Source of the DNA: an uncultured Gemmatimonadota bacterium
GTDB taxonomy: Bacteria; ARS69
Assembly (NCBI GenBank): GCA_964471155.1
Contig: CAYYFX010000007.1
Span: 1,346 to 65,345, forward strand
DNA: 64,000 nucleotides
Direction: 5' to 3'
The position numbers and the translations under genes were made by a program. Positions 1 to 9,123 of the stretch are shown piece by piece; the stretch's first letter is position 1; each line of letters begins with the position of its first letter. The notes beneath the pieces were generated by a model that was given only the letters and a program-made list of their open reading frames with translations, was not told the DNA's origin and did no database searches.

Positions 1-702
1 TTCGCGGAGGCGGTGGCCCGCGCCGTGCGCGCGTCGGACCTCGCGCGCGAGGCGCTGGCGCTGGAGCTGGGCGGCCGGATCGACGACGCGGCGAACGCGT
101 ACCGCGAGGGCATGGACCTGAACCCGCGCGACGGCGCGCTGCGGCGCTCCTTCGCCATGCTGCGCTCCGAGCAGGGCATCGCGTACGGCGTGCGGCAGCA
201 GTTCTTCGCCGCGCACCAGTACATGCGCGAGGCGGTGGAGACGGACACGACCTACGCGCAGGGATTCGCGAACCTCGGGCTCCTGCTCTTCCAGACCGAG
301 GAGTTCGACTACGCGCTCGCGTGCACCGGGCAGGCCACCGTGCTCGCGCCGGATGACGACCTCTTCCAGCTCCAGATGGGCCGCATCTGGAAGCAGCGCG
401 GCTACTTCGACAAGGCCCTGCCGCACTACGAGGCCGCGCGGGAGCTCAACCCGGGGAACATCGAGGCCGCGGTGGGCTGGTTGGACACGAAGCTGGCGAT
501 GCAGGGGGATCACGCGGATCTCGAGTGGGGACTGGCGTTCCTGCACTCGCTCCTGGAGATCGACCCCGACCACGAGGACGTGCACTACCGCATCCTGAAG
601 CTGGAGGACGCGGTCCGGCGGCACGCCACACGCGCGCCCGGGATGGATGACACGGCGCCGCCCCCCGCGGGGCCGCCGGCCGCGAGCGGGGGCACGGGCT
701 AG
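1..702 (+). CDS. TPR-repeat protein, probably 5'-truncated by the window edge (the frame is open to nt 1; first in-frame GTG at 13)
   Basis: 229-aa ORF with degenerate 34-aa TPR-like helical repeats (e.g. AYREGMDLNP, ALPHYEAARELNP). GC3-rich codon usage consistent with the rest of the window. It converges on the next gene. Confidence 0.5.
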   Translation, partial: FAEAVARAVRASDLAREALALELGGRIDDAANAYREGMDLNPRDGALRRSFAMLRSEQGIAYGVRQQFFAAHQYMREAVETDTTYAQGFANLGLLLFQTEEFDYALACTGQATVLAPDDDLFQLQMGRIWKQRGYFDKALPHYEAARELNPGNIEAAVGWLDTKLAMQGDHADLEWGLAFLHSLLEIDPDHEDVHYRILKLEDAVRRHATRAPGMDDTAPPPAGPPAASGGTG

Positions 703-716
703 ACGGCCGCGGGTCG

Positions 717-2567
717 CTACCCGACGAGTTCGCGCAGCGCCCTCTCGAAGAGGGGACGGTCCGCCCGGCCGACACGCCGGATCGCCTCCGTCCACAGGCG
801 GCGGGCCTCGTCCGGGTCGCCGGCGCGCAGCGCGCACAGGCCGCGATTGAACAGCGCCTCGGGATCGTCCGGCGCGACGGCCAGGATCGCCTCGAAGCCC
901 GCGCGCGCCGCGGCGACGCGGCCGAGCGTGAGTTGCAGGTTGGCCCAGCGGGCGGCGCGGCGGATCGCGGAGGGCGCCGGGTCCGGGCGCAGCGCACGGT
1001 CCAGGGGACCGGCGATCGCGTCCAGCGCGTGGCCCGCGTGCGGCGCGGGACCGCGCGACTCCGCGAGGAGCGCGTCCCAGGAGCGCGTCGCGTCCTGCAC
1101 GGGCATGCCGGCGGCGCGGTCCGCGCGCACGAGGAGCGCCGCCTCCGGCGAGAAGCACAGCGCGCGCCACTCGCCGCCGTCCAGCAGCGCGCGAAGGAAC
1201 GCCGCGCTGCCGCGGGACGCGTGCCGCAGCAGCAGCCACTCCGGGTCGCGCCGCGCGCGCAGCGCGCGCCACGCCGCGGGATCCTCGTGCGCCGCGACGT
1301 ACTCCGCCAGCCGCTCCGGTCCCGCCACCTCCAGCCGGCCGTCGAGGAACGAGCGGCGCTCCGGGTCGCGCCACACGACGTAGCCGCCGAAGTCGAGGTC
1401 GTGGAAGAGGCGCCCCGCCACGCCGAGCCGCCCGGCCGCGGCGAGACAGTCCTCCGGGAAGATCCCGGGCATCACGCCCAGCCCGCGCTCGCGCGGCAGC
1501 CCGAGCAACGCCGGCGATGCCCCGCGCAGCACGGCCACGGCGACGGCGAGCACGATCGCCGCGGCGCCGGTCGCGGCCCGCGCGCCCGCGCGCGGGAATC
1601 GCGCGCCCGCGGCCGCCGCCAGCACCGGCGCCGCCGCGATCGCGAACAGCGGCACGTTGCGCCGCGCCAGCAGCGCCAGCGCGAGGAACGGCAGGACGGC
1701 GAGCGCGCGCCGCCACGGGAACGGCCGGCCCGCGGCCAGCGCGATCGCCGTGAGCGCGAGCATCGCCCAGAAGAACCGCAGCACCGGATCCCCCGGCGAC
1801 TGCAGCGGCGGCGCGAACTCGAGGATCCGCGCGAAGACCTCCGGTCCCGCGCCCACGCGCCGGAACAGCGTGAGCGGGAACGCCCAGGCATGCACGCCGT
1901 AGGGATTCGCGAGCAGCGCGACCGCGCTCGCCGCGCCGGCCAGCGCCAGGTCCTTCGCGACCCGGCGCGATCCCGGCCACGCCAGCGCCGCGTGCCACAG
2001 CAGGAGCGCCGGGCCGAGGAACGCGAGCGAGTGCAGGTTGATCCACAGCGCCGTCAGCACGGGCAGCGCCGCCAGCTCGCGCCGCGGCGCGCCGCGATGC
2101 GCCCGCTCCACGACGAGCACGAAGCCGGCGAGCAGCACGTAGGTGGCCACCTCGGGCCGCTCCGTGGTCCGCTCGGCCGACGCCAGCAGCGCCAGCGCCG
2201 CCGCGCCGACCGCGCTCCACGTCCGCGCCCCCGTCGCGCGCGCCGCCGCCACCAGCAGCGCGCCCAGCGCGGCGAAGGCGAGCGCCTTCCCCAGCACCAG
2301 GGCGTCCGGACCGCCCCACCGCCACGCGGTCACGAGCCCCGCGTCGAACAGCCACTGGAAGTTGAGCCACGCGCTGCCGGGAGCGACCCACGAGAACGGA
2401 TCCGTGCGCGGCACGGCGCCGTGCTCCAGGATCCAGCGCCCCGACGCGAGGTGCCAGAAGACGTCCGGCTCCAGCAGCGGGTGCAGCGCGAGGGCCGCCC
2501 CGAGAAACGCGACGGCCGCGGCGCCCGGCGCCGCGGCCCTCGATCCCCCGCTCCGCACGGCGTCCAC
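717..2567 (-). CDS. Polytopic membrane protein, GT-C-like, with a C-terminal TPR domain (TMTC/ArnT-like architecture). Putative GTG start at 2567.
   Basis: C-terminal ~620 aa of the 991-aa track ORF. Many hydrophobic helices (e.g. AFLGAALALHPLL, LLVAAARATG, FWAMLALTAIALAAG) followed by a TPR-like tail (ANLQLTLGRVAAARAGFEAILAVAPDDPEALFNRGLCALRAG). The upstream 1.1 kb of the track ORF overlaps the dehydrogenase gene in another frame and is treated as shadow. Confidence 0.55.
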   Translation of the reverse strand: MDAVRSGGSRAAAPGAAAVAFLGAALALHPLLEPDVFWHLASGRWILEHGAVPRTDPFSWVAPGSAWLNFQWLFDAGLVTAWRWGGPDALVLGKALAFAALGALLVAAARATGARTWSAVGAAALALLASAERTTERPEVATYVLLAGFVLVVERAHRGAPRRELAALPVLTALWINLHSLAFLGPALLLWHAALAWPGSRRVAKDLALAGAASAVALLANPYGVHAWAFPLTLFRRVGAGPEVFARILEFAPPLQSPGDPVLRFFWAMLALTAIALAAGRPFPWRRALAVLPFLALALLARRNVPLFAIAAAPVLAAAAGARFPRAGARAATGAAAIVLAVAVAVLRGASPALLGLPRERGLGVMPGIFPEDCLAAAGRLGVAGRLFHDLDFGGYVVWRDPERRSFLDGRLEVAGPERLAEYVAAHEDPAAWRALRARRDPEWLLLRHASRGSAAFLRALLDGGEWRALCFSPEAALLVRADRAAGMPVQDATRSWDALLAESRGPAPHAGHALDAIAGPLDRALRPDPAPSAIRRAARWANLQLTLGRVAAARAGFEAILAVAPDDPEALFNRGLCALRAGDPDEARRLWTEAIRRVGRADRPLFERALRELVG

Positions 2568-2575
2568 GCGCCGGA

Positions 2576-3712
2576 TCAGGCGGGAGCCGCCGCCCGCGCC
2601 CGCTCCGCGACGGCGTTCGCCATGTCCGTGGTGGTGCTCCGGCCGCCCATGTCGTAGGTGCGGACCTTGCCCTCGGCGATCACCGCGGCCACCGCCGCGC
2701 GGATCCGCTTCGCCTTCTCCTTCTCGCCGAGCCAGTCCAGCATCATCTCGGCGGACAGGATGCACGCCACCGGGTTCACCTTGTTCTGGCCGGAGTACTT
2801 CGGCGCCGACCCGTGCGTGGGCTCGAACACCGCGTACCTGTCGCCGATGTTCCCGGACGCCGCGAAGCCCAGCCCGCCCACGAGCTGCGCGCACAGGTCC
2901 GAGATCACGTCGCCGAACAGGTTCGAGCAGACCAGCACGCCGTACTGCTCCGGGTTCTTGATGAGCCACATCGTCATGGCGTCGATGTTCGTCTCCCAGA
3001 GATCGATCCCCGGGTACGACTTCGCCACCTCGCGCGCCACCCGCACCATCAGCCCCGACGTCTCGCGCAGCACGTTCGGCTTCTCCACGATGGTGACGTT
3101 CGGGTAGCCGTGCGCCTTCGCGTACTCGAACGAGTCGCGGATGATGTTCGTGGCGCCGCGCCGCGTGATGACGCGGCACGTGATGGCCATGTCCTCCGCG
3201 GCCGTCGTGTCGAACTTCCTCATGGCCGGCGAGCCCGCCTTCAGCGCGCCGCGCACCGCATCCGGCACCGGGTGGAACTCCACGCCGGCGTACATCCCCT
3301 CGGTGTTCTCGCGGAACACGACGATGTCGATGCCCTCGCGGTGGTTCAGCGGGTTCCCCGGGAACGCGTGGCACGGGCGGCGGTTCGTGCGCAGGTCGAA
3401 CTCCTGGCGCAGCCGCACGATGGGGCTCCGGTAGGTGAGGCCCTTCCCCTTCAGCGCGGGAACGAGCGCCTCCTCGGCCTCCTCCTTGGGCAAGGACGTG
3501 ATCGCGCCGAAGAGCGACGCGTCCGTGTTCCGCAGGATGTCGAGGGTGCGGTCCGGCAGCGGGTTGCCTTCCGTCCGCCAGAACTCCCAGCCGATGTCCG
3601 CGTGCACGTACTCGGCCTCGAAGCCCACGGCGTCCAGCACCTTGCGCGCCGCGTCCATCACCTCCACGCCGATGCCGTCCCCCGGCATCCACGCGATCCT
3701 GTACCTGGCCAT
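2576..3712 (-). CDS. Isocitrate/isopropylmalate dehydrogenase family (beta-decarboxylating dehydrogenase); best resembles NAD(P)-isocitrate dehydrogenase
   Basis: Start MARYRIAWMPGDGIGVEV (nucleotide-binding N-terminus). Motifs VVFRENTEGMYAGVE and NLFGDVISDLCAQLVGGLGFAASGNIGD...FEPTHGSAPKYSG are typical of the IDH/IMDH superfamily. ATG at 3712 chosen over the upstream GTG. Confidence 0.85.
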   Translation of the reverse strand: MARYRIAWMPGDGIGVEVMDAARKVLDAVGFEAEYVHADIGWEFWRTEGNPLPDRTLDILRNTDASLFGAITSLPKEEAEEALVPALKGKGLTYRSPIVRLRQEFDLRTNRRPCHAFPGNPLNHREGIDIVVFRENTEGMYAGVEFHPVPDAVRGALKAGSPAMRKFDTTAAEDMAITCRVITRRGATNIIRDSFEYAKAHGYPNVTIVEKPNVLRETSGLMVRVAREVAKSYPGIDLWETNIDAMTMWLIKNPEQYGVLVCSNLFGDVISDLCAQLVGGLGFAASGNIGDRYAVFEPTHGSAPKYSGQNKVNPVACILSAEMMLDWLGEKEKAKRIRAAVAAVIAEGKVRTYDMGGRSTTTDMANAVAERARAAAPA

Positions 3713-3778
3713 GGCGGAATCACTCCTGGCGGCGGGCGTGGCGCGCGGGCGCACGGACGGCCGGCCGCGGTCTCGGGG

Positions 3779-5299
3779 TCAGCGAACGACGATGAACTTC
3801 CCGGTCTGCTCCACGCTCTCGGTGACCGTCTGGGTCCCGCCGCCCTCCACCGGCACGTCGCGGCGGTCCGTGCCCTGCACGTGGAAGAGGTAGATGCCCG
3901 GCACCAGGTGCTCCCCGGCGTCCGTCCGCAGGTCCCATTCCCGGCTGGTCGGCGACGTGCTCCGCGGCTGGCCGGGCCCGTGCTCCAGCGTGATCAGGTG
4001 CTCCGCGGCCTCGTTGAAGACGCGGATGGTGGCGGCCGTGGGCAGGTTCGCGAAGACCACCTTCGCCCCGCGCTCCTGGAAGTCCGCCCGCCGCTTGTAC
4101 GGGTTCGGCACCACGTAGATCTCCCGGCTGCGCACGCGCTCCTGCACGGCCGGGTACAGCTTCCCGGTCTCGGCCCGCGGGCCCTCGAACGTCAGCCCCA
4201 GGTTGTTGCCGAGGAAGCCCCGGTCGAAGGTGGACACGGCGTACCGGTAGGGGAAGTCGTCGTGCACGTCGAAGTCCGTCACGGTGAACGCGCGCGCGGC
4301 GGGGTCGTACACCAGGTCGATGTCGTTCCCCTCGAACTCGTCCTCCGTGAGCAGCACGAACTCGAACTTCGACTCGCACTGCCGGATCTCGCCCAGCAGC
4401 GTGAACGAGTCCACGTCCGGGAGATCCGAGCGCCACAGGTGGTATCCCTCGAACGCCTCGAGGTCCGCGGTCATGCGGGCGTTCGCCGGGAACACGTAGT
4501 GCGCCGTCCACTTCACCGTGTCCCCCGGGGCGGTGGCGCCCTCGCCGAACCGGATCCGCATGGCGTCCATGATGTCGAACACCTGCGCGGGCGAGGAGAC
4601 GTTGAGGATCGTGGTGGGGACGGTGGGCGGCAGCGGGTTCGGGATGTTCGCCAGGTTGACCGGCCCGGCCACGCGCACGTTCAGCCCCTCGGACAGGCTG
4701 GCCACGCTGTTCAGCGCCGTGACGAAGTAGCCCGAACTCGCGGACAGCGTGCTGTTCACTCCGGACACCGTGACGGGGCACGTGCCCAGCGGTCCGTCAG
4801 GGTCGTTCACGTTGTCGGAGATGCGGATCCCGAGGTCCGGCGCGAACGCGGACCGGTACAGGTGCAGCGAGTCGGCGGTCACGATGCGCAGCGTGTCCGT
4901 GCGAAGCGGCGCGCCGGTGCCGGACGCGTTCGAGAAGATCTGGGAAAGCAGCAGGAGCCGCCGGCCGAACCCGGGATCCTGCGGGATCTTGGTGACCCGC
5001 AGCCGGTAGTCGCAGTCCAGGCGGTACAGGCCCTCGACCGTGAGGGTGGCGTTGTTCGACGGGATGGGGTCCAGGCCGGCGAACGTGATGCCGGTGACGG
5101 CACGCCCTTCGTCCGCCGGCGCCTCCGGCCACCGGATGACCACCCGCTTCGAGAACGGCTCCACGGAGAGGTCCAGGTCCGGCAGGTCCAGGTTCTGCGC
5201 GCCGGCCGGCGCCGCCAGTCCCGACGCGGCGATCAGCCACGCGGCCGCCACGGAGGCACACCTTCCGCGCGGGCGCCTCGGACAGGGGCTTCGGGTCAT
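3779..5299 (-). CDS. Secreted protein with a C-terminal sorting-type beta-sandwich domain (FlgD-Ig-like / T9SS-type-A-like CTD)
   Basis: N-terminal signal peptide (AAWLIAASGLAAPAGAQN). C-terminus YVVPNPYKRRADF...TIRVFNEAAEHLITL...REWDLRTDAGEHLVPGIYLFHVQGTD...TGKFIVVR matches the PNPF...IYD.GR.V..L......G...V.WDG.D..G..V.SG.Y pattern of Por/FlgD-Ig C-terminal domains. Confidence 0.7.
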   Translation of the reverse strand: MTRSPCPRRPRGRCASVAAAWLIAASGLAAPAGAQNLDLPDLDLSVEPFSKRVVIRWPEAPADEGRAVTGITFAGLDPIPSNNATLTVEGLYRLDCDYRLRVTKIPQDPGFGRRLLLLSQIFSNASGTGAPLRTDTLRIVTADSLHLYRSAFAPDLGIRISDNVNDPDGPLGTCPVTVSGVNSTLSASSGYFVTALNSVASLSEGLNVRVAGPVNLANIPNPLPPTVPTTILNVSSPAQVFDIMDAMRIRFGEGATAPGDTVKWTAHYVFPANARMTADLEAFEGYHLWRSDLPDVDSFTLLGEIRQCESKFEFVLLTEDEFEGNDIDLVYDPAARAFTVTDFDVHDDFPYRYAVSTFDRGFLGNNLGLTFEGPRAETGKLYPAVQERVRSREIYVVPNPYKRRADFQERGAKVVFANLPTAATIRVFNEAAEHLITLEHGPGQPRSTSPTSREWDLRTDAGEHLVPGIYLFHVQGTDRRDVPVEGGGTQTVTESVEQTGKFIVVR

Positions 5300-5350
5300 C
5301 GGACGTCCTCTCCTCGGCCCCCGCTCCCGCGGCGGGCCGTCGACGGCTGG

Positions 5351-7423
5351 CTAGGGTACGGGGAACTCGCCGAACTCGGTAAGGACCGCCCGGATGAAGT
5401 CGCGGAACGCCGGGCGTTCCACGAAGTACGGGTGGAAGCCGAGGTAGATCAGGTTCCCGTTCACACCGGGGGACGTGAGCCTCCGCACCCCCACCACGGA
5501 CGTCCCGTCGTTGGCCCGGTAGATGGGCTCGGTGAGCGTGGTGTCGATGGGGATGATGCCCAGGTCGTAGAAGCCGAAGCCGCGCAGGAGGGGGCCCTGC
5601 GGCCACGTCAGCGGGTCGAACACGAGGTCCGGATACGGATTGGCGCCCGTCGTGATCTGCGACCGGGCGATGCGCAGGCGGCGGGTGGCGTCCGCGCCCA
5701 CGTTCGAGTTGCCCACCGCCCGCTCGATGCGCGAGATGCCGAACTGCGACGCCATCCAGTGGTCCAGGACGGTGGTGTCCGTGAGCGTGGACTGGAAGTT
5801 CACCTCGACGGAGGATCCGCCCATCCAGTCGATGGAGCCGTCCACGGCGCTCTGCTGGTAGCGCACCGCGTTCGAGGGGGCGAGCCCGCACAGGAACAGG
5901 TTGCCGCCGCTGGCCACGTACGACGGCAGGGGGCTCGGCGGCTCCTTGTGGTAGCTCTCCATCACCGAGGCGTCGCCGCCGGCGCGCTGGGCGTACGCGC
6001 TCAGGAACCAGAACGTGCTGGAGGCGCAGTCCAGGAGCGCCAGGCTGGGCTCCTCCGTGCTGTCGGTCTCGTGGATCTGGTAGTCGTAGCCATCGAAGTA
6101 GTACTGGATGAGGCCCAGTTCCACCTCGGGATAGTCCACGGGCCAGATGAAGCTGTTCTGGAGCGACTGCGGGTTCGTGTCCACGACCACGAGCACGTAG
6201 CGGCTCTCCAGCGGGCAGAACCGCGGTCCGGCGAACACGCGCAGGCGCGCCGCGAGCACGTTGATGAAGCCGGCCTCGTCGATGGCGCGGACGAAGAAGG
6301 TGTGCGGGCCCTCGTCCGGGAACCACAGCGCCTCCGGCTCGCCCGGGACCTGCTCCGGGTACTCCGTGTCCGTGATGGAGAACGGCGTCCAGTTCGTGGT
6401 GTCGTCCACGGCATGGCTGAAGCCGGCCACCGCGGCCCCGGACGGACCCGGCGTGGCGCGCCACTCGAACCGGATGCCCTGTCCCGCGAAGACCTCGCGG
6501 ACCTCCACCTGTCCGGCCGCGAACGACCCGAGGATGTTCGACGTCATGAAGATCGTGGGCCCGTCCAGGGCGCGCGTGACCTGGAACACCCGCGTGTTGA
6601 TCCGGCGCGTGAGGATCCGCTCCGTGGCGCCGGCGTCGTCGATGGCCCGGATCCCGAAGATGGCCTTGTTCGGCGGCGGCGTGGCGTTCACGTTCGGGAA
6701 GAAGACCGAGTCCTCCTCCGTGAAGCGCCAGACCAGGGAGTCCGTGTAGTAGCCGCCGGCGAAGTCCGGGTAGTACGTGAGCGTGTCCAGCCAGGCCACG
6801 ACGCGGGACAGATCGTCGATGGGCTCGCCGGTGTCGCGGACGAAGTCCTCGAGCTGCGTGAGCGCGTAGAGGTAGCCCACCACGAGCCCGTCGTCGTCGC
6901 TGCCCCGCCAGTTGAACTCCACCTGGGAGCCCCACTGGCCCAGCTCGCGCGGCGACGGATCCACGATCTCCGTATACGGCGCGATCGTCTTCGCGTTGAA
7001 GCTGCGGAACGCGGGGGTCTCGTCCACGGCCCCGTTGTTGTCCACGGCGCGGATGAACACCGTGTGGTACTGCGAGTACACGGAGTCCGGCAGGGGCGTG
7101 ATGTAGTCCGGGAGCGGCTCCACGCAGCAGGTGTCCCGCGCCTCCACGATGAAGAGGCTGTCGTTCCCGAAGACCGGACCCTCCCAGTCGTCCGGCGTCT
7201 CCCACGCGATCTCGTAGTGGTCCACGAAGCCGTCGTCGTCCCAGCCGAACCAGAACAGGTTGACCTCGAAGCTGGCGTCCGAGGCCTCCGGCGGCGCGGA
7301 CGACAGCCGCGTGTTCGGCGGCTGGTTCGGCACGAGCGAACCCGGCTCCGAGTCGCAGCCGGCCCAGAGCGCCGCGGCGACGAGCGCCGGGACGAGCAGT
7401 GCGGAGCGGGGCACGCGGTTCAT
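5351..7423 (-). CDS. Lipoprotein built of tandem ~100-aa Ig-like repeats, paralogous to the next gene. Start taken at the internal M (MNRVPRSALLVPALVAAALWAGC).
   Basis: Lipoprotein-type signal ending in Cys. Repeated signature F-x-W-x-G-x-D-D-D-G...Y...(F/I)-x-(I/V)-R-A-(V/I)-D-x-x-G, seen as FEVNLFWFGWDDDGFVDHYEIAW, VEFNWRGSDDDGLVVGYLYAL, HTVFIRAVDNNGAVDE, AIFGIRAIDDAGATER and HTFFVRAIDEAGFINV. Confidence 0.7.
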   Translation of the reverse strand: MNRVPRSALLVPALVAAALWAGCDSEPGSLVPNQPPNTRLSSAPPEASDASFEVNLFWFGWDDDGFVDHYEIAWETPDDWEGPVFGNDSLFIVEARDTCCVEPLPDYITPLPDSVYSQYHTVFIRAVDNNGAVDETPAFRSFNAKTIAPYTEIVDPSPRELGQWGSQVEFNWRGSDDDGLVVGYLYALTQLEDFVRDTGEPIDDLSRVVAWLDTLTYYPDFAGGYYTDSLVWRFTEEDSVFFPNVNATPPPNKAIFGIRAIDDAGATERILTRRINTRVFQVTRALDGPTIFMTSNILGSFAAGQVEVREVFAGQGIRFEWRATPGPSGAAVAGFSHAVDDTTNWTPFSITDTEYPEQVPGEPEALWFPDEGPHTFFVRAIDEAGFINVLAARLRVFAGPRFCPLESRYVLVVVDTNPQSLQNSFIWPVDYPEVELGLIQYYFDGYDYQIHETDSTEEPSLALLDCASSTFWFLSAYAQRAGGDASVMESYHKEPPSPLPSYVASGGNLFLCGLAPSNAVRYQQSAVDGSIDWMGGSSVEVNFQSTLTDTTVLDHWMASQFGISRIERAVGNSNVGADATRRLRIARSQITTGANPYPDLVFDPLTWPQGPLLRGFGFYDLGIIPIDTTLTEPIYRANDGTSVVGVRRLTSPGVNGNLIYLGFHPYFVERPAFRDFIRAVLTEFGEFPVP

Positions 7424-7529
7424 GGCCTTCCCCCTGCTGCAGGCGTGCTGCCGGTGCGGCGGATCCGGGGACATCCGCGCGGGTGGATGGGGAGTGCGGG
7501 GAAGCGGGGTCCCATGGGCGCGGTCCTCC

Positions 7530-8975
7530 TCACGGGGCCACGTCGAAGGGCAGGCTCTCGACCGTGCCGGACAGGAGATCCGAGTTGTCCCGCACCTCCA
7601 CGCGCAGCACGTGCCCGCCCAGCGTGAACAGCTCGAGATCCGTCTGCGGCTGCCCGACGAACGTCGTGAACGACCCCGGCGGGATCTCCTGATCGAACCA
7701 CCAGCGGTACCGGAGGTCCGCCGGGTCGCTGTCGACGTCGAAGCCCTGGAACGTGAACCGCACGGGCGTGTTCGCGTGGATCACGCCGGTGGGAGGATCG
7801 ATCGTCAGCGACGGACGACGGTTGAACGGCACCGCGGTCGGGAAGGTGGTCGCCGGGGAGCGCCCGTAGACGTCCCGCCCGCGGACCCGGAAGGTCAGGA
7901 ACTCGTCGTCGTCCCGGTACGGGCGCGAGACGAGGCTGTCCGGGGTGACCCGGATGCTGTCCGTGTTCGCGCACAGGTCCGTGGTGCTCCCGAAGATCGC
8001 CGCGTTCACGTCCCACGCGTAGGACACGATGGGCCCATCGACGTCCGTGCACTCCCAGCAGAAGGACACCGTCGACCCGAAGGGGATGGTGTCCTGCACG
8101 CCCGGCTGGGTCAGGTCGTGGGCCGTCACCAGCACCGAGTCCACGTCCGGGTCCGAGTCCAGCCACGTGATCTCCAGCCGGCTCACCAGGGACGTGGAAT
8201 CGATCACGCACTTCGAGTCGAAGTTCGAGACGACCTCGAACAGCCCGCCGCTCCGGGAAACGGCGCCGGCATCGTCGTACGCGCGGACGATGAAGTCGTG
8301 GCGGCCGCTGGCCAGGGGTCCCACCGTCCGCACCGTGTCGTCCCGCGCGTGCTCCCGCGGCGACTCGGCATCCAGGATGGTCTCCCAGCGCACGACCTCC
8401 CCGTCCGCGTCCGATCCCGTCCAGATGAAGGTGATCGTGCTGTTCACGATGGTCGTGTCCCCGGGCGCCAGGCCGCGGAACGACCCCGCGGAGTTCGACA
8501 CCTCGATCAGATCCGTGCGGAACTGCACGACCGGCGCGGCGGCGGTGAAGGCCTCGAACCGGAGCGAGTCCGGCGTGGGGTCCTCCTTGCCGAGGTTGTC
8601 CACGGCGCGCAGCAGGAAGAGGTGCGCCTCCGTCCCCACCTCGCCGGCCTGGAAGCGGAAGACGCTGTCCGTCTTCGTGGTGAACTTCCACGCGTTCTGC
8701 CCGAGGGTGTCGTCGATGGCGTAGCGGAACCCCGCGATCGTGCCGTCCCGGTCCTCGCCGCGCCAGAAGAGGTGCGCGCGATAGAACAGGTCCGTGGGAT
8801 TCGCCGGATCCGGCGAGATCTCGGGACCGTCCGTGATGTAGGTCTCCGGCGGGAGGTTGCGGTCCACGGCCACGGTCTCGTCGCGCTCGCAGCCGAACAC
8901 GAGGATGCCCCCCAAGACGACGACGGCCGCGGTGATCAGCGGCCGGGGAGCGGGATTCTGACGCTGGAAGTCCAT
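7530..8975 (-). CDS. Lipoprotein with four tandem Ig-like repeats (paralog of 5351-7423)
   Basis: Signal/lipobox LITAAVVVLGGILVFGC. Repeats carry the same motif: HLFWRGEDRDGTIAGFRYAID, ITFIWTGSDADGEVVRWETIL, VSFCWECTDVDGPIVSYAWDV, VRFTFQGFDVDSDPADLRYRWWF. Each is followed by ...FxVRAxD... (HLFLLRAVDNLGKEDP, HDFIVRAYDDAGAVSR, HVLRVEVRDNSDLLSG). Confidence 0.7.
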   Translation of the reverse strand: MDFQRQNPAPRPLITAAVVVLGGILVFGCERDETVAVDRNLPPETYITDGPEISPDPANPTDLFYRAHLFWRGEDRDGTIAGFRYAIDDTLGQNAWKFTTKTDSVFRFQAGEVGTEAHLFLLRAVDNLGKEDPTPDSLRFEAFTAAAPVVQFRTDLIEVSNSAGSFRGLAPGDTTIVNSTITFIWTGSDADGEVVRWETILDAESPREHARDDTVRTVGPLASGRHDFIVRAYDDAGAVSRSGGLFEVVSNFDSKCVIDSTSLVSRLEITWLDSDPDVDSVLVTAHDLTQPGVQDTIPFGSTVSFCWECTDVDGPIVSYAWDVNAAIFGSTTDLCANTDSIRVTPDSLVSRPYRDDDEFLTFRVRGRDVYGRSPATTFPTAVPFNRRPSLTIDPPTGVIHANTPVRFTFQGFDVDSDPADLRYRWWFDQEIPPGSFTTFVGQPQTDLELFTLGGHVLRVEVRDNSDLLSGTVESLPFDVAP

Positions 8976-9016
8976 GTCAATTCGTCAGTTACGGGTTCCG
9001 CCGGAAAAGCCTAGCT

Positions 9017-9045
9017 ACCTTAGCAAGAGATCGGGGAGGTGTCAA
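9017..9045 (-). promoter_or_regulatory. Candidate sigma70-type promoter for the 7530-8975 lipoprotein gene (-35 TTGACA, 17-nt spacer, -10 TAAGGT on the minus strand)
   Basis: The plus strand reads acctta...17 nt...tgtcaa about 40 nt upstream of the ATG at 8975, and lies in the 148-bp gap to the preceding gene. Confidence 0.35.
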
Positions 9046-9123
9046 CGATGCCAAGGTTCTCCCCGGCCAACCCAACTCCTTGTCCCGCAGCAAGTTGCCG
9101 GCACAGGCGCCGGCCGGACACCG

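Noticed and set aside
933-2657. 574-aa plus-strand ORF, plus many other long Arg/Gly/Pro/Ala-rich ORFs in the track (e.g. 2813..7627+, 8974..11838+, 10818..13448-, 13663..18927+, 15077..17464-, 19789..21702-, 19812..21962+, 24435..26825+, 29169..31520+, 31937..35167+, 35501..37327+, 39690..43964-, 39977..43921+, 46534..48534-)
   Set aside because: They lie in alternate frames or opposite strands of genes with clear family signatures. Their composition (runs of R, G, P, A, few hydrophobics, no motifs) is what random open frames look like in ~70% GC DNA. None has a signal peptide, TM pattern or catalytic motif of its own.
3713-3754. N-terminal extensions offered by the track for several genes: dehydrogenase from GTG 3754; beta-propeller lipoprotein from 11370; YfhO from 19002; glyQ from 27947; DUF368 from 27830; PhoH from 57919; MgtE from 54407; OmpA from 63990; RecO and the lipoprotein at 45662-46702
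   Set aside because: The extensions are Arg-rich and lack signal peptides. Downstream in-frame starts have SD-like sequences (GGAGG/AAGGAG) or abut the upstream stop, and give proteins of the lengths typical of their families.
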